A stretch of DNA of 64,000 bases, taken from assembly GCF_030144855.1 (NCBI RefSeq), contig NC_082707.1, forward strand, positions 30,752,001-30,816,000, in the 5' to 3' direction. Below, piece after piece: positions 21,169 through 36,100 of this stretch. The notes below the pieces were generated by a model, which searched no databases, was not told where the DNA came from, and was given only the letters and a program-made list of their open reading frames with translations. The position numbers and the translations under genes were made by a program. Source of the stretch: Hypanus sabinus. Taxonomy: Eukaryota. Position 1 is the stretch's first letter; every line of letters starts with the position of its first letter.

Positions 21169-24100
21169 GTAAGAAACGGACTGCACATGATGCTTTATAT
21201 AGTGTTTCCACATCACATGGAGTGTCCCTTTCCCTTGTAAATTGGGGAGGAACTCTATCTATAATTACAAATGCCCAACTTGTGTGTGCAGACTGTACAT
21301 TTGGCAGACCAGCAGGATGAATTTGCCAATTGTTGTGAGACCGTAGGCATTTCCTGACGGGTAGGAACTCAATTCACAGCCATATGTCCAAGTTGTGTAC
21401 TGTCCACTTTGCAAGTCCCATTTGTAATCATGGCAGCTCGTATTTTTTCAGAGCTGATTAATAATAAAATCTATTTGCATGCCATCTGAAATATGATTTA
21501 AAGAGTCCCAACACATTTTACAGGAGTATGTGTCAATAACTTTGTGGAGGTGATGGGTGTGGTGGGGTGTTGTTGGACTTCTTTGATTTACCTTTTGAAT
21601 GGTGAAAGGCCCAGACGAGTAGATGTGGAAAGGATGTTTCCCATGGTGGGAGAGTCTAGGACAAGAGGGCACAGCCTCAGGATAGAGGGACGCCCTTTCA
21701 AAACAGAGACGCGGAGAAATTTCTTTAACCAAGGGATGGTGAATTTGTGGAATGTGTTGCCACGTGTAGCTGTGGAGGTCAGGTCATTGGGTTGTTTAAG
21801 GCAGAAATTGATAGGTTCTTGATAGGTCATGGCATTAAAGGCCAGGATCTGGGGTTGAGGAGGAGATAGTTTTTTTTAAAAAAAAGTTTCAGCTATGATC
21901 AAGTAGCAGAGCTGACTCGATGAGCCAGATGGCCTAATTCTGCTCCTGTGTCTTATGGCCGCCTTTAGGGTATGACTGGTTGAAGCAATCAAGTGTGCAA
22001 ATAAGGAATAAGTTACAATTAAGGACCTAGAACGTCTTGGCACCTCAGGGCTGGGGAAGATTAGAGAGCATGAGGGAGGTGGTGGTGGACACAGGAACTT
22101 TCGCAACACTAGGAGGCGTGTAGATGAGCATCCACATGTCAAGGGTTTAGATGAATTGTGTAAAGGGGATTATTATAAATGGGTACGGGGTCGGCCTAGC
22201 CATGTGTGACGAAGGGCTAGTTTCTGTGCTCTACAAATAAGATCACAAGGATGGAAACTAAAACTGAATCGTTGATTAACTCTGACACACTGCAGGTCAG
22301 GCATAGGAGTAACGTGTGTGTAAAGCCAACTTTCTTTTAATTGGAGGGAAAATTGGTAATGAAAATTTGCAAGCTGCTTGACTGTACAGATCTTCCAGAC
22401 AGTTCTGGATTTTCACATAATACAACAAAAATTAAACTACACTCTTGTTGCAGCATGCGGCCTATTTTGTGGTTTTTGTTTGTACAGTTAAGGAGCAAGT
22501 GGTGCTTTTAGAACATGAATTTCTATCTAGCTGTAGCCTGTCACATTCACCTGTACAATAACATTGATTTTTTTTTTGAAAGATTAGCTTTATTTGTCAC
22601 AAAAAAACATGAATGCATCATTATCGAATCAGTGAGGGGTGTGCTGGGGGCAGGTTGCAAATGTTGCTACACTTCCAATGCTAACATAGCGTGACCACAG
22701 CTCTCGAATGTTAACTGTATGTGTTTATAACGTAGGAGGAAACCGGAGGAAATCCACATTATCATAGGGAGAAACTAGCCCTTTGTCCCACATGCCTGTG
22801 CTGTACTTATTTATAATAATCTCACGCTTCCAACACTAACATTACATGTCCACAACTCACTAATGTTAACTGTACATCTTTGTAATGTGGGAGGAAGCTG
22901 GAGCACATGGAGAAAACACTCAATACAAAGTCCTTACGGGCAGCTGCGGGATTTGAACCCCGACCAGTGATCGCTGCTGCTGTAAAGTAATTGAGTTAAC
23001 CACTGCCACGCTGTGCCGTCTGCTGCTGCAGCATGCTTCTTGCCATCAGCTTCTGAGCTTATTATGAAACTGTATCATTACTGGTTGGCTTCATAAATCT
23101 CTAGCCCTCTTAACAGAATAAATATCTCAGAAGGTGACTGCAGGAGAAATATTTTTAATTTAGGCCTTGTCTAATTGGTGGATGCAGTCAAGGGAAAGAA
23201 TTATTTTTACAGTCTAATCTGTATGGAGAACATGTCTAATATTAGGAGCTTGTGTTATGGAAGATCAGGAATGTAAACACATTACATCGTTTGCATTTGT
23301 AACATTTCCCCATTGCCGTGCAGTAGAAATATGTCTAGCTTGGTAAATAGGGCAGTATTGCGATGTTGAATGAGAATTCCTTGAGGGAGAATCCGTTGTC
23401 AAAATACGGATTCTGAAAATTATGTTGAAGCCTTATCTGAAGCCATTGATTGGGGGTGGGGGGAAAACATAATTGTGACTCTATTTTAAAAGTATTGACT
23501 TCCCAATCATGCTGGTCAAGGACTACATCTGCAGCATGCTTCCACCCACACTGGACCCCTACAATTCGCCTACCAACACAACCGATCGACAGACGATGCA
23601 ATACCCACAGCCCTACACACATCTGGAGAAGAAGAATACTTATTTGGGAATATTGTTCTTGGACTAGAGTTCAGCATTCAACACCATAATTCCCTCCAGG
23701 CTCGACAAGTAGCTCAGAAACCTCTGCCTTCACCCTGCCTTGTGTAGCTGGATCGTGGACTTCCTGTCAGATCGCTGGCATGTTGTAAGAGTGGGCTCCC
23801 TCACCTCCACCCTTCTGACCTCAACACAGGTGCCCCCAGGGTTGTGTGCTAAGCCCCATTCTTTACTCTCTGTATACTCATGACTGCATCGCCACCCATA
23901 GCTCCAAAACTAGCTAATTAAATTTGCTGGCAATACTACACTGATTGGCCTAATCTCAAATAATAATGAGACAGCCTACAGAGAAGACATCACCCTGACA
24001 CAGTGGTGTCAAGAAAACAACCTCTCCCTCAACGTCACTAAAACAAAGTAGCTGGTTGTGGACTACAGGAGGAATGGAGACAGGCTAACCCCTATTCAAA

Positions 24101-27100
24101 TCAATGGATCTGGGGTTGAGAGGGTGAACAGCTTTAAGTTCCTTGGCATACACATCACCAAGAATCTCACGTGGTCTCTACAGACGGTTAAAGAAGTTTG
24201 GTGTGGGGCCCCCAAATCCTAAGAACTTTTTATAGGGGCACAATTGAGAGCATCCTGACTGGCTGCATCACTGCCTGGTATGGGAACTGTACTTCCCTCG
24301 ATTGCAGGATTGTCAGAGTGGTGCGGACAGCCCAGCACATCTGTAGATGTGAACTTCCCACTATTCGGGGCATTTACTGAGATGTGTAAAAACTGCCCGA
24401 GCAATCACTAGGGACCAGACTCACCGCAACCACAAACTGTTCCTGCTGATACCATCCAGTACTGCAGCATAAAAGCCAGGACCAACAGGTTCCAGAACAG
24501 CTTCTTCCACCAGGCCGTCAGACTGATTAATGCTGATACAGTTGTTATATTGACAGTGCATACTATTTATTATAAATTGCACATTTAGATGGAGACATAA
24601 CGCAAAGAGTTTTACTCCTTGCATATGAAGGAAGTAAGTAATAAAATCACTTCAATTCAATAACTCTGCTGTACCTGTGAAACACCTCCCTTCCTGTCCC
24701 CCTACTCCCTTATATAAATGAAAAGTGCAAAGGTTCATTTATTATCAGAGTTTACAACTCTGGAAATTCTTTAATTCACCAGGTAGCCATGAAAACAAGA
24801 AAGAAAAAGAAAGGCAGCATGATTCCCACAAAAAAAACAAACGGCACATTAACCCCCAAATCCCTCCTCTTCCTCCCACACAAAAAAAAAGCGAACAAAG
24901 CTTGTATTTGAGCTACGTGCTAGTCTCCTGCAGAGGTCACTTGAATAAGAGATGACAGCCTTCAGTACATACTGTTTTAATCCTCATTGCATCAAGACAG
25001 GTGCAGTTTATATATGAAACAAAGAATAATATATTGGAAACACTTGGCAGTTCAATGGCATCTGTGGAAAGGGAAATAGTTAATATTTTGGGTCTGCTAC
25101 ATCTTTCCATCATCCCTCTCAACCCCATTCTCCTCTCCCTGACGCGCTGAATAATCAAGAACTTGAAAGGATGTCTGGGGCTCTGGGTAGTGGAGGGGAA
25201 GAAGTAATGGATCAAGTGTTGCATCTGCCGTGTTTGGGAAGGTGCCATAAGGGAGAAAGCAGACCAGGCAGTCAAAAAGGTAGAGGTGCTTCTGAAATGC
25301 AGGAGGGAAGTGGGAAGCGGAAAGTGTGTTTGATGGAATCTTGTTGAAAATGGGAAGGACGATCAGTTGACTGTTGGCCATATCCCATAGCCCCACTATT
25401 GGCAGCACACAACGCAAACGAGCAAATTCACCATCCAACTGAGCCATTGACCTACTTGACCTGGCCCTTCCTTGTCACAAGTATTCTTTTGTCCCTCCAT
25501 CAAATGCAACTTAAAGCTGGCCTTCTCAGTTTTGGGGAAAGGCCTTCTAATTGTTACTCTATCTGCATATACTGCCTGACCTGCTAAAGTGTTTCCAGCA
25601 TGTTGTTTTTGGTTTCAGATCTGCAATGTTTGCATTTCTCCCTTTATGCGGTGGGGTATTCAGTGAGTATGTGTATGTACTACAGTTGCCCTCTAAAGTT
25701 TGTCTTGCTAACTTTTGTCGTCATCATACAGTCGGCCAAAATGTGTGGCTGAAGTTGCGTTTCAGGAGGAAGTTGTGTCTGTGCTAAAGAAGTCTCTGGA
25801 AGGAGCAGATGTGAGTGGCATTTATAGTTTCAGCTATAGAAGTTGTATTCATTTATATTTCAACACCTTGGTAAATGGGAGAATTAAACCATCTAAGTGA
25901 CTGTTAATGTTTTTAGTTGCATCAGCTCGTCAAATTTATGGGAGATTTTAATTTCCCTGGTATTGACTGGACCATCCAGAATTTTAAGAGCGTGCACAGA
26001 GTGGAATTTGTGGAGTGTGTCCTGTGTCAATATACTGTATATAGAGGAGCCTGCTAGGCAGAGCGTGACACTGCACTTCCCCCTGGGGAATGGGATAGGG
26101 TAAGTGGCTGAATTGATCGGTGGCAAGAACTTTGGGTCCAGTAATTCTGCTCTGAGTAATTTAGCGCTGTATGAAAAGCAGTTCACAATTCCCAGGCCAC
26201 TTGGGGGGATGCCCGTTTGTGTAAAAGTGAGACAGATCCTTGCGAGTGTTTAACCAAAAAGTATGTAATAAGTTCTAAGTGGGCTTAGAGCTGAAAACAC
26301 ATCTAAGGTAAAAAGATAACATGATACAAAGGTAGCTAGCCAATCTGAAAATACATCTATTTGCAATTGCCTGTTACAGCTTCCCAACCTGCTTTTTTAT
26401 GGGCCCCCTGGGACAGGGAAAACTTCCACGATATTGGCTGCAGCAAGAGAACTCTTCGGGTAAGGTAACTTGCATCTTGTCAACCAGAAAGTGCCGGAAA
26501 TGCTCAGTAAGCCAAGCAAAATCAGTAGGGAAAGAAACACTTATTGTTTTGAGTTGATGTCCTTCCGTCGTAACTGGAAAAAGCTGGAAATAAGCTTTGA
26601 GGTGCAGAGAAAGGGGGAAGGGGGAGAGAAAAAGTGCCATGTTAGGCTAAAATTAAGATTTAAGATGTATGGGATCCTTGGTGACTTGGCCACTTAGATT
26701 CAAGACTAGCTTGCCCATGGAAGACAGGGTAGTGTTCTGGTTTCACTCTATTAGTGGTCCAGTCCTCATTAAGGGATCGGCGGTGGAGAAGATCAGGAAA
26801 CTCCTAGGTGTTATTGTATCAGAGGATCTGTCCTGGGACCATCACAAAGAAGGCACAACAGCGTCTCTACTTTCTTAGACATTTGCATAGATTCGGTATG
26901 TCATGAAAAGCTTTAACATGCTTATAGATATACTGTGGAGAGTATCCCAACTGGTCGCATCATGGCCTGGTATAGAAACCCCGAAGGCCAGGGATGGAAA
27001 AGGCTACAGAAAGTTGTGGCCCAGTCCGTCATGGGCAAAGCCCACCCCACCATTGAGCATGTTTACAAGGAGTGCTGCCACAAGAAAGCAGCATCCATCA

Positions 27101-30100
27101 ACAAGAAACCCCCCCACCATCCAGCTGCGACTCTTCCCGTTGCTACTGTCGACAAGAAAGCACGAGAGCCTTGGATTCCTCACCACCAGGTTCAGAAACA
27201 GTCATTGTCTTGCAACCACCAGGCTCCTGAACCATCAGGGATAACTACGCTCAACTCTGAACTGATTCCTCAATTCAAGGATTCTACAATTCGTGTTCTC
27301 AGTATTTATTATTTGCATGATGTCTTTTTTTTTGCACTTTTCTTTGTTAGTCTTGGTTTATGTATGGTTCTAAATGAATTCTATTGTACTTTGCTTTCCT
27401 GTAAATGCCTGCAAGCAAATAAATCTCAAGGTAGTATATGGTGATATATACATACTTTTAATCTGTACTGGGACCTCTGCTGTTCGTGACCCCTGTAAAT
27501 GTCTTGAACGCTCAGGTTTTGAAGCTTACTGATTAGTACAGGGGATGGTGGTGTTGAATCCTGAGCAATAATCAATATATCAGCCCACTATTTATATTTG
27601 GAGTTATGTGGAAGCTTAGGAAAGGGTGCAGCAGGCTACGTGCAAAAGTAAGAGTTTGGACAAACTAGTGTTGACTTTTGGAGTATTGGAAGCCGACGGG
27701 AGACCTGATTGAAGTTTATAAGATTAGGTGGGGTGTACATAGAACAGACAGCTGTTACCTCCTCTCCAGGATTGAAGTCTTAATATTAGTGGGCATGTGT
27801 TTAAAATGAGAAAGGGAAAGATGAAAGAAGAGGCATGGGATAAGCTTTCCTTTAACCGTGTGTCGGTTGCCTGGAATGTACTGCCAGGGTTGGTAGTGGA
27901 GGAAGATGTAATAGAGGCATTTAAGAGACTCTTGGATTGGCAGAGGAATATGTGGAGAATGGGAGGGTATGGTCCATTAATGTAACGGGAACTCATTAGC
28001 TTAATCAGTTCAGCATGACGTCTTGGGCAGAAGGACCTGTCCCTGCGCTGCATTTCTCTATGCTCTAACAGAGACTTTTGAAATTGGATGAAAGGCAAGA
28101 ATGAATAAATAATGAAAAGGATTGAAGCAAAAATGCTGGTCATTCTCTGCAGGAAGAGGCGATACATATACTTCTGTTTATATCAACGGTGATTGAAGTG
28201 GAGTGGGTTGAGAGTTTCAAGTATCTTACAGTGAATGTCACAAATAGCCTGTCCTGGTCCAACCATGTAGATGCTGAGGCATCAGCACCTGTACTACTAC
28301 TTCAGGCTGAAGAAATTTGTCAGCTCTCCTTTGACTTTTTATTGATGCACCATAGAAAGCTTCGTATCGGGATGCATCACAGCTTGGCACGGCAACTGAT
28401 CTGTCTGAGCGCACGAAACTGCAGAGTTGTGAACACAGCTCAGCACATCGTGGAACCCAGCCTCCCCTCATTCAACTCTATCCACACATTTCACTGTCTC
28501 AGTAAAGCAATCAGCCAAATCTAAGACTCCTTGTAAATGTGCTCACTGGTGGGGTGGGGTGGGCTTTGCCCACGATGGACTGGGCCACAACTTTCTTTAG
28601 CCTTTTCCATTCCTGGACATTCTCTGTTCATCGCCCTTCCCAAAGTTTGAAAGCATGTTCCACCAGGCTCATGGACAGCTTCTATTCGATTGTTAAAAGA
28701 TAATTCAACAGTCTCCTAGTACAATAAGGTGGAGTTTTACCTCATTTACCTCATTATAGACTTGCAATTTATTGTCTGCCTGTACTATATTTTCTTTAAC
28801 CATGGCACTTTATTCACATTCTTTTATTGTACTACCTCAGTATACTGATGTGGTGAATAAACCAACAAGGTAAGATGGGTAGTAAAGGTGATAAAAGTTT
28901 GGACTGAGAAAGTGCAAATGGGGATAAATAGAACAAGAAACAATTCAGCCAAGAGAAAAACTGAATACGAAATTATCTTTTTCTACATTTTGCTGCCTAT
29001 TTTCTAACTTTTTCCAGTTTTGAAAGACCATGGACTTGAACTAATTGTTTCTTTCTACAAGTTCTATTTAGATTCAATGTGGTATAATGAATCCCTATTA
29101 TCAAAGGCAGCATATATTTTTGATTTCTGGTTAGAGCAAAGCTAAGTCTGGGTCACATCTCCGTCTACAATCTAATAAAAATCAACTTCTTAAAATCAGT
29201 ACTTAATGATCCCTTTCTAAAGATATTCTTACTGGGGGAAGGTGGATCAGTAACTCTTTTTGGTCTTAATATAGTACTCTTTTTATATATAATTTTTCTT
29301 ATAAAGTGTGACATTCTTGCTAAGCTTTTTTTTTTCCTTCATAATCCTTCATGTGTATCAGTATGGAATTATTGATCATAGATCTAAGTCTGTTATTTCC
29401 ATTCCAGCATATTTTGGTAATTTCTCCAAACCTATTCCCTGAATTTGAATAATTTTTTTAGCTGTTCGGTGTTTAAAAGGGTAAAAAGAATAAAAGCATT
29501 TATGTTTCAGATCAATCATATTGTGATACACCTGGCACCTTTGTTCTGTCCAGTTTGTAACAGCAATATCTATATTTAGTAAAGCATTTTGAGGGTTTAT
29601 AATCTTTATGATGCACATCACCCAAATGATTGTACCTTCCTAGAGTGGATAAAATTAATTCCCATCACATCCCATCTGTAGACCTGAACTTTATCGCAAG
29701 CGAGTTCTCGAGCTGAACGCCTCTGATGAACGTGGGATCCAGGTTGTGCGAGAAAAGGTGAAGAATTTTGCACAGTTGGCAGTAGCAGGATCTCGTGCAG
29801 AGTAAGTACTAAATTTTTAGTGCTGTTCTAAAAGGTGGTTCTATTATTGTTGAGCTTGCAGCAGTGTAACAGGTTCAACAGGTTGCTGTTCCTTAGAAGC
29901 ATCACCCATCCTTCTCTGAAGCTAAGTGTAAACTCCAGTGCTTTTCTCTCACTTTATAATGCATTGAGATTATTTGCCTCAGTTATTCACTGTAATTAAA
30001 GTTCTGCATTCTACCAAGCCTGGTAGATAGAGGATTCACAGGAATTTCCTACTGGCTTCTTGAGTCACTATCTCAACACTATAGTCACCACCTTTAGCTT

Positions 30101-33100
30101 CTTCCATATATGGAATCATCTCCAAATATAATCTGTCATCTTTCATAATCTTAGAGTCTTCCTATCACATTGTTCTTTAGCCTAAAGGAAGGATTCTCAG
30201 CTTCTTCAGTCTTTTCTGACCTACCCTATCGTAGCAAATCTTGTTTGCATCCTATCCGGATGCATCACGGCCTGGTATGGCAACTGAAGGCTTGTGTCTG
30301 CAAGCCAACATCACCACCTCTCACACATGCTTCTCGCTGTCTCAGGAAGGCAGTTGACATAATTGAGGACTTCACCCACCCCAGTCATTCTCTCCTCCTC
30401 CTTCCCCCCCCCCACCAGAAGATGCAAAAGCCTGAAAGCAAGTTACCACCAGGCTCAAGAACAGTTTCTACCCCATTGTTTTAAGACTAGTGAAATAAGA
30501 TGGTCCCTCAACCTCACAATGTACCTTGCAATGGCCTGTCAGCACTGTTCTTTCTCTCTAACTAGCACATCATTCTGTTCTCTGTTCATTGTTTTAATTT
30601 ATACTACTTCACTGCACTCTTCTAATGAACTGATTGATGTGAAAGGTGTGCAAGATCAGCGTTTGACTGTACTTGGTAGGTGTGACAATAATAAACCAAT
30701 TATTAGTACTTCAACATCCCTATTATAATATGAGACCCTACATAACTAAATGAAGAAACTTACTCCATCCCCTCTTTGATTTCTCTGTCTTTTTTTTCCA
30801 ATTAAAGATGTTTCTCTACATGGTTTGCGAATCTCTACTGTTCAGATTATTTTGACCTCTATTTTATATTGACTCCTTTTCTTTCCCCGAATGTTTCTGT
30901 GGACTACCCATTCCCTTACTAAACATTTTGCAATTAAATGTCACAGTGTCTTCTGTATTGTTGCATTAATGTCTTGTGTTGCACTCTGCAGAGGTGCTAA
31001 TTACAGCTGAAGTTGCCATTTGTAATGGAAATGATTAATTAGCTTCTAATTATTATAAACTCAGTGGAGGAAAGAAAGTTAAATAAACTCATTCATCAAA
31101 ACACACTTATCCTCGTAGTTTCACAGCTCTGTAAATGGTTCCTCTTACGAATCTGACTCTTACCGCAAGTGTTCCCAGCTTGAATGTTTTTAATCATTCC
31201 TGTCATGCCTTTTCTTCCAGTGGGAAACCTGCTCCTCCATTTAAGATAATCATCTTGGATGAAGCTGACTCCATGACAAGCGCTGCACAGGCTGCCCTTC
31301 GACGCACAATGGAAAGGGAGTCAAAAACCACACGGTTTTGTCTCATCTGCAACTACATCAGCAGGTAGGAGAGCCATAACTAAAGAAATGTTTCCTTGAA
31401 GGGATGGCAGGCAGAGTAACGTACTTTTTACTAAACAGACTTTAATTGCCTGTCAATAAAGTCTAGAACTATAGTATGGAGTTATTCTGAACTCAAACAT
31501 TTAGTTCTGAAAGCAGAGAATTTATTTTCCTTTCATAATCAATATGTAATAAAGGTTCATTGTCCCTTATCGGAAATGCTTGGGGCTGGAAGTGTTTCAG
31601 ATTTTGGAGTATGTAATGAAATAACTAGGAATCACAATCTTTTCTGGTTCCAAATTTATATGCTACCGGTAATTAGTCCTTGTCTTGCACTTCATCACAA
31701 ATATGTACTTGACAGTAAAAATCATTACATACCTTAAGTATGACTTGTGCAAGGTAACAAAGGCAGCAGAGTGGCTTCGGGGAAATGCCTGAATCGGCTA
31801 TTGAGAAACAACAAACAATGGCAGGCTTTCAGTCTCCACCTCTGATACAGAGTTTTGATTAAAAGGTTATAGAGCACAGTATTTGTATTTTACCTTGTTT
31901 TTATAAGGGGTACTCAACCTATACAAATGTTGAATTACTCTGAGATGATTCTTGCTACTTAATGGAAAACCCTAATGTTGGATGAGTAGATAGATTGGGT
32001 GTTGTCATTTATAACACCTTCCGATTGCAGGAGACTTGTAACTGCCCATTTCCATTCACTAGTTTCTAGCAGACTAGTAAGATGATATTGAAACAGTTCT
32101 CAAGGGAGTCTAGAAGAATATTGTGGTCAATTGTGTTGAAAGCAGCACTTAGATATAGAAGAACTGGAACTGAGACTCGTTCGGTATTAGTGTGAAGCCT
32201 AAGGTTGCTGATCTTGGTAAGGGCTCTGTTCCATGCTGGGATTTGCCCTAAAACCCGACTGAAACTTTTTGTAGAACATTGTCCTCATTCAGAAAGATGT
32301 TGAGTTGGTTCAGAATTAGTTTCTCAGGAATCTTGCCCTGGAAGAGAAAATTTGATTATAGGCCTGTAGTTGGCCTATACCTTGCTATCAAGATTTGGCT
32401 TTTTAAGTAGAGGGTTGACAGCCACAGTTTTGAAAATGTCTGGGAAAACTTCATTTTCAAGGGATGCGTTAAGAATTGAATTGAGTTGACTTTATTATTT
32501 ACATCCTTCATATACAGGAGTAAAAATCTTGACATCTTCGTTCAAATGTGCAATTATAGTAATTTATAATAAATATTATGTACAACAAGATAGTCAATAT
32601 GACATAAATACGGGTACATCAGCATGAACTAAGCAGTCTGTTGTCCTGGTGGAAAAAACTGTCCCTGAACCTGTTGGTCCTGGCTTTTATACTGCGGTAC
32701 TGTTTCCCGGATGATAGCAGCTAGTACAGTGTGTGGTTGGAGTGACTCGGGTCTCCAATGATCTTTCAGGCTCTTTTTACACACTTCTCTTTGTAAATGT
32801 CCTGAATAGTGGGAAGTTCACAGCTGCAGATGTGCTGGGCTGTCCGCGCCACTCTCTGCAGAGTCCTGCAATTGAGGGAAGTTCAGTTCCCATGCCAGGC
32901 AGTGATGCAGCCAGTCAATTGTGCCCATGTAGAAAGCTCTTAGAACCTGGGGGGCCATATTAAAGTTCTTCAACCATCTGAGGTGAAAGAGGCGCTGTTG
33001 TGCCTTTCTCACCACACAGCCGGTATGTACAGACCACATGAGATCCTCGGTGATGTTTATGCCGGGGATCGTAAAGCTGTTCACCCTCTCAACCCCAGAT

Positions 33101-36100
33101 CCATTGGTGTCTATAGGGATTAGCCTATTTGCATTCCTCCTATAGTCCACTACCAACTCATTTGTTTTTACGACATTGAGGGAGAGGTTGTTTGCTTGAC
33201 ACCACTGTGTCAGGGTGATGACTTCCTCTCTGTAGGCTGTCTCATTATTATTTGAGATTAGGCCAATCAGTGTAGTGTCATCAGCAAATTTTATTAGCAG
33301 ATTGGAACTGTTGGTGGCAACACAGTCATGGGTAGACAGAAAGTAAAAGAGGGGGCTTAGTACACAGCCCTGAGGGGCACCTGTGTTGAGGGTCAGAGGG
33401 GCAGAGGTGAGGGAGCCCATTCTTACCACCTGTCAGACCTCCCGGCGATCTGACAGGAAGTCCAGGATCCAGCTACACAAGGCAGGGTGAAGGCCGAGGT
33501 CTCTGAGCTTCTTGTCAAGCCTAGAGGGAATTGTGGTGTTGAATGCTGAACTGTAGTCCAAGAACAGCATTCTTACATAAGCATTCCTAACTTAATAGTG
33601 TTTTCAATTCTGAGTCCTTAAAAGGTGTGGTATGGACAGGGTCAAGACAGCAGGTAAACTGTTTACACTTTGTTACAATTTCTTGTGGAGTTTTGATTCA
33701 GGAATACTTGTAAATTTTGATAGTTTAACTGTCTTTTTACAAGGTTGGCTGTAGAGTTTACTTGTACTGTAGTCATACTGAACCTAATGGAACAACATTT
33801 GCAAATTCCTTACATTTTGTGACAGATGTTTGACTGAGGATGTTGTAGGTTATGGCAGGGTTCAATAGTTGGTTTATAGTTAAGAATATTCTTGAATCGT
33901 CGCTATTCTTTGTAATAATCTTGCTAAATGGTCTCTTAAAGGAGGCTAGTTTTTTTTTGGAATATATTATGGTGGACTTCTAGTCCAGTTTTCAACCACT
34001 TTCTTTCAGCTGCTCTGCGTAATCTCTTGAGTTCACAGACAGAATTGTTTAACCACGGTGAAGTTTTTCTAAGTGCTTTCTTGTTCACCCTAAATGGTGC
34101 CACTGTGTTTAATATATTTATCAACTTATTCTAGAAAGAATCAACCATTTCATTTACTGAGCAATTTATCTCACATGGGTCAGATAAATGAGGCAGCTCA
34201 GACAATTTAGGTTGTGTTGTAGCATCAAGAAATTATTAACTAATTTACTTCATGGTCTTGGTTCCAGGCAGAGAATGTCAAAAAGTACACAAAATGATAG
34301 ATATAGTGGTATCTTACAGAGAGACGTTAATAACCTTAACCCTTTTGTCATTACTAAATCAAGTGTACTTCCAAGTGTGCTCAGTGGCACGATTGGCAAG
34401 ATCTAGGCTATCTAGTAAGCTCATGACTTCAGTTGCCATAAAGTTTGCATTTGAGAGATCATTAATATGAATCTTTAAATCACCAGGGATGGGAATCCTG
34501 TTGTAGTTCAATATAATAAAGGATAAAGCAGGCATTGGATTTGGGAGGACAATAAATGACAATGCAAAGGACAGGATCTGTACCACACCACAAATTTTGA
34601 ATGTATACCTACAAAAATGCCTTGAAAATATCCTTAATATTACTTGTAGTATTTATTAAGTCCTCCTGGTTCCCTGATTAAATTCTTTCCTGCTTATTTA
34701 ATATTTCACAAGGGACATGTCCAATTTTAACTTTGTAATCATTATATAGGCTTTTTTTTACATTTGTGACTAAATTTGCAACATTTCCTGTCATCCCCAA
34801 TAACTGCACTCAAAGTTACTCATCCCATCTGCTGCCTAAAATTGTTATAATCAGCCTTCCAGTACGCCAACCACCGCCCCCACCCCCCACCAACCCATTT
34901 AAAACTTTCACTGGAAGTTCCATCATATCCTCATCATTCTATATTCAAGTTCTCAGAAAAGTAATTCTCAAATGCTGTGATAGTCTCTACTTTCATTGCC
35001 CAGATTATTGAGTGTTTCAGACTCTTGACTATCATCTGATGGGAAAAAAAATCTACCGAGCCTTTGTGGATCCCATTTACCTTAATATTCTGGATCAGCC
35101 TACCATGAGGAATTTTCCATGTGGACAATATCTGTTGCCCTATTGTCATCAATCATCTTCATCACTTAAACTCAATCAAGTTTATAAGGTGTGACCTCTG
35201 CTGCACAAAGCTATGCTGTCTTTTATATTTTAATTCAATGCAAATCATGAATCATCAACACATGGTTTCATTTATCTATAACTCAATTGAAACTCAGTGA
35301 CTTTTCTCCTGTGTTTTAGGATAATTGAACCATTGACGTCACGTTGTTCCAAATTCCGGTTTAAGCCTTTGACAGACAGTATACAAGAAAAGAGGCTGCG
35401 TGACATCTGTGAGAAGGAGAATGTCAAATGCAGCAATGAAGTAAGTTTTATACAATCTGGAATTGTATGATACATTTCAAACGCAACTTTTGGTTTGGAA
35501 GCCAATGTGATTGTAACTTTGTTATGTTAGAGGTGAGGGTTGTAATGCTAGCTTTACTACAGCAAATAACTATTTCAAGATCTGTTTTATTACTTCCTTT
35601 TTGGGATTAAATTGTGCAGGTTAAAAATTCCTGTTGGAAGAAATCTATAAACATGATCTGCAAATGCAGTGAAACTGCATTTGAAACAGGGGGTGCTACA
35701 TTGGCTTGCCTAGATTGTGTGATTGTATTGAATGTAAATTTGAGTTGGCAAATATTTTCAATTTGCTGTTGTGATTTTGTTTTAGACAATCAATATGCTC
35801 ATCAATGTATCAGAAGGTGACTTGAGGAAAGCAATAACTTACCTTCAATGTGCAACAAGACTTACTGGAGGAAAAGACATTACTGAGCAAGTCATCATTG
35901 AAATTTCTGGAGTAAGAAAACTTTTTCTCATCTATAAGATAGAGGTGGATCTGCAGGAAACTATATTGTAAAGCATTTCTTCAGAGGGCCATCTTGTCAT
36001 AGTGATATTACTCTTTGATGTACTCAGATTTTCTGTCAATCAGCTCATTCCATTGATAGCTAAGAATTTTTTTGAGTGGTTTTTCTGTTGAAGTTCTCTT

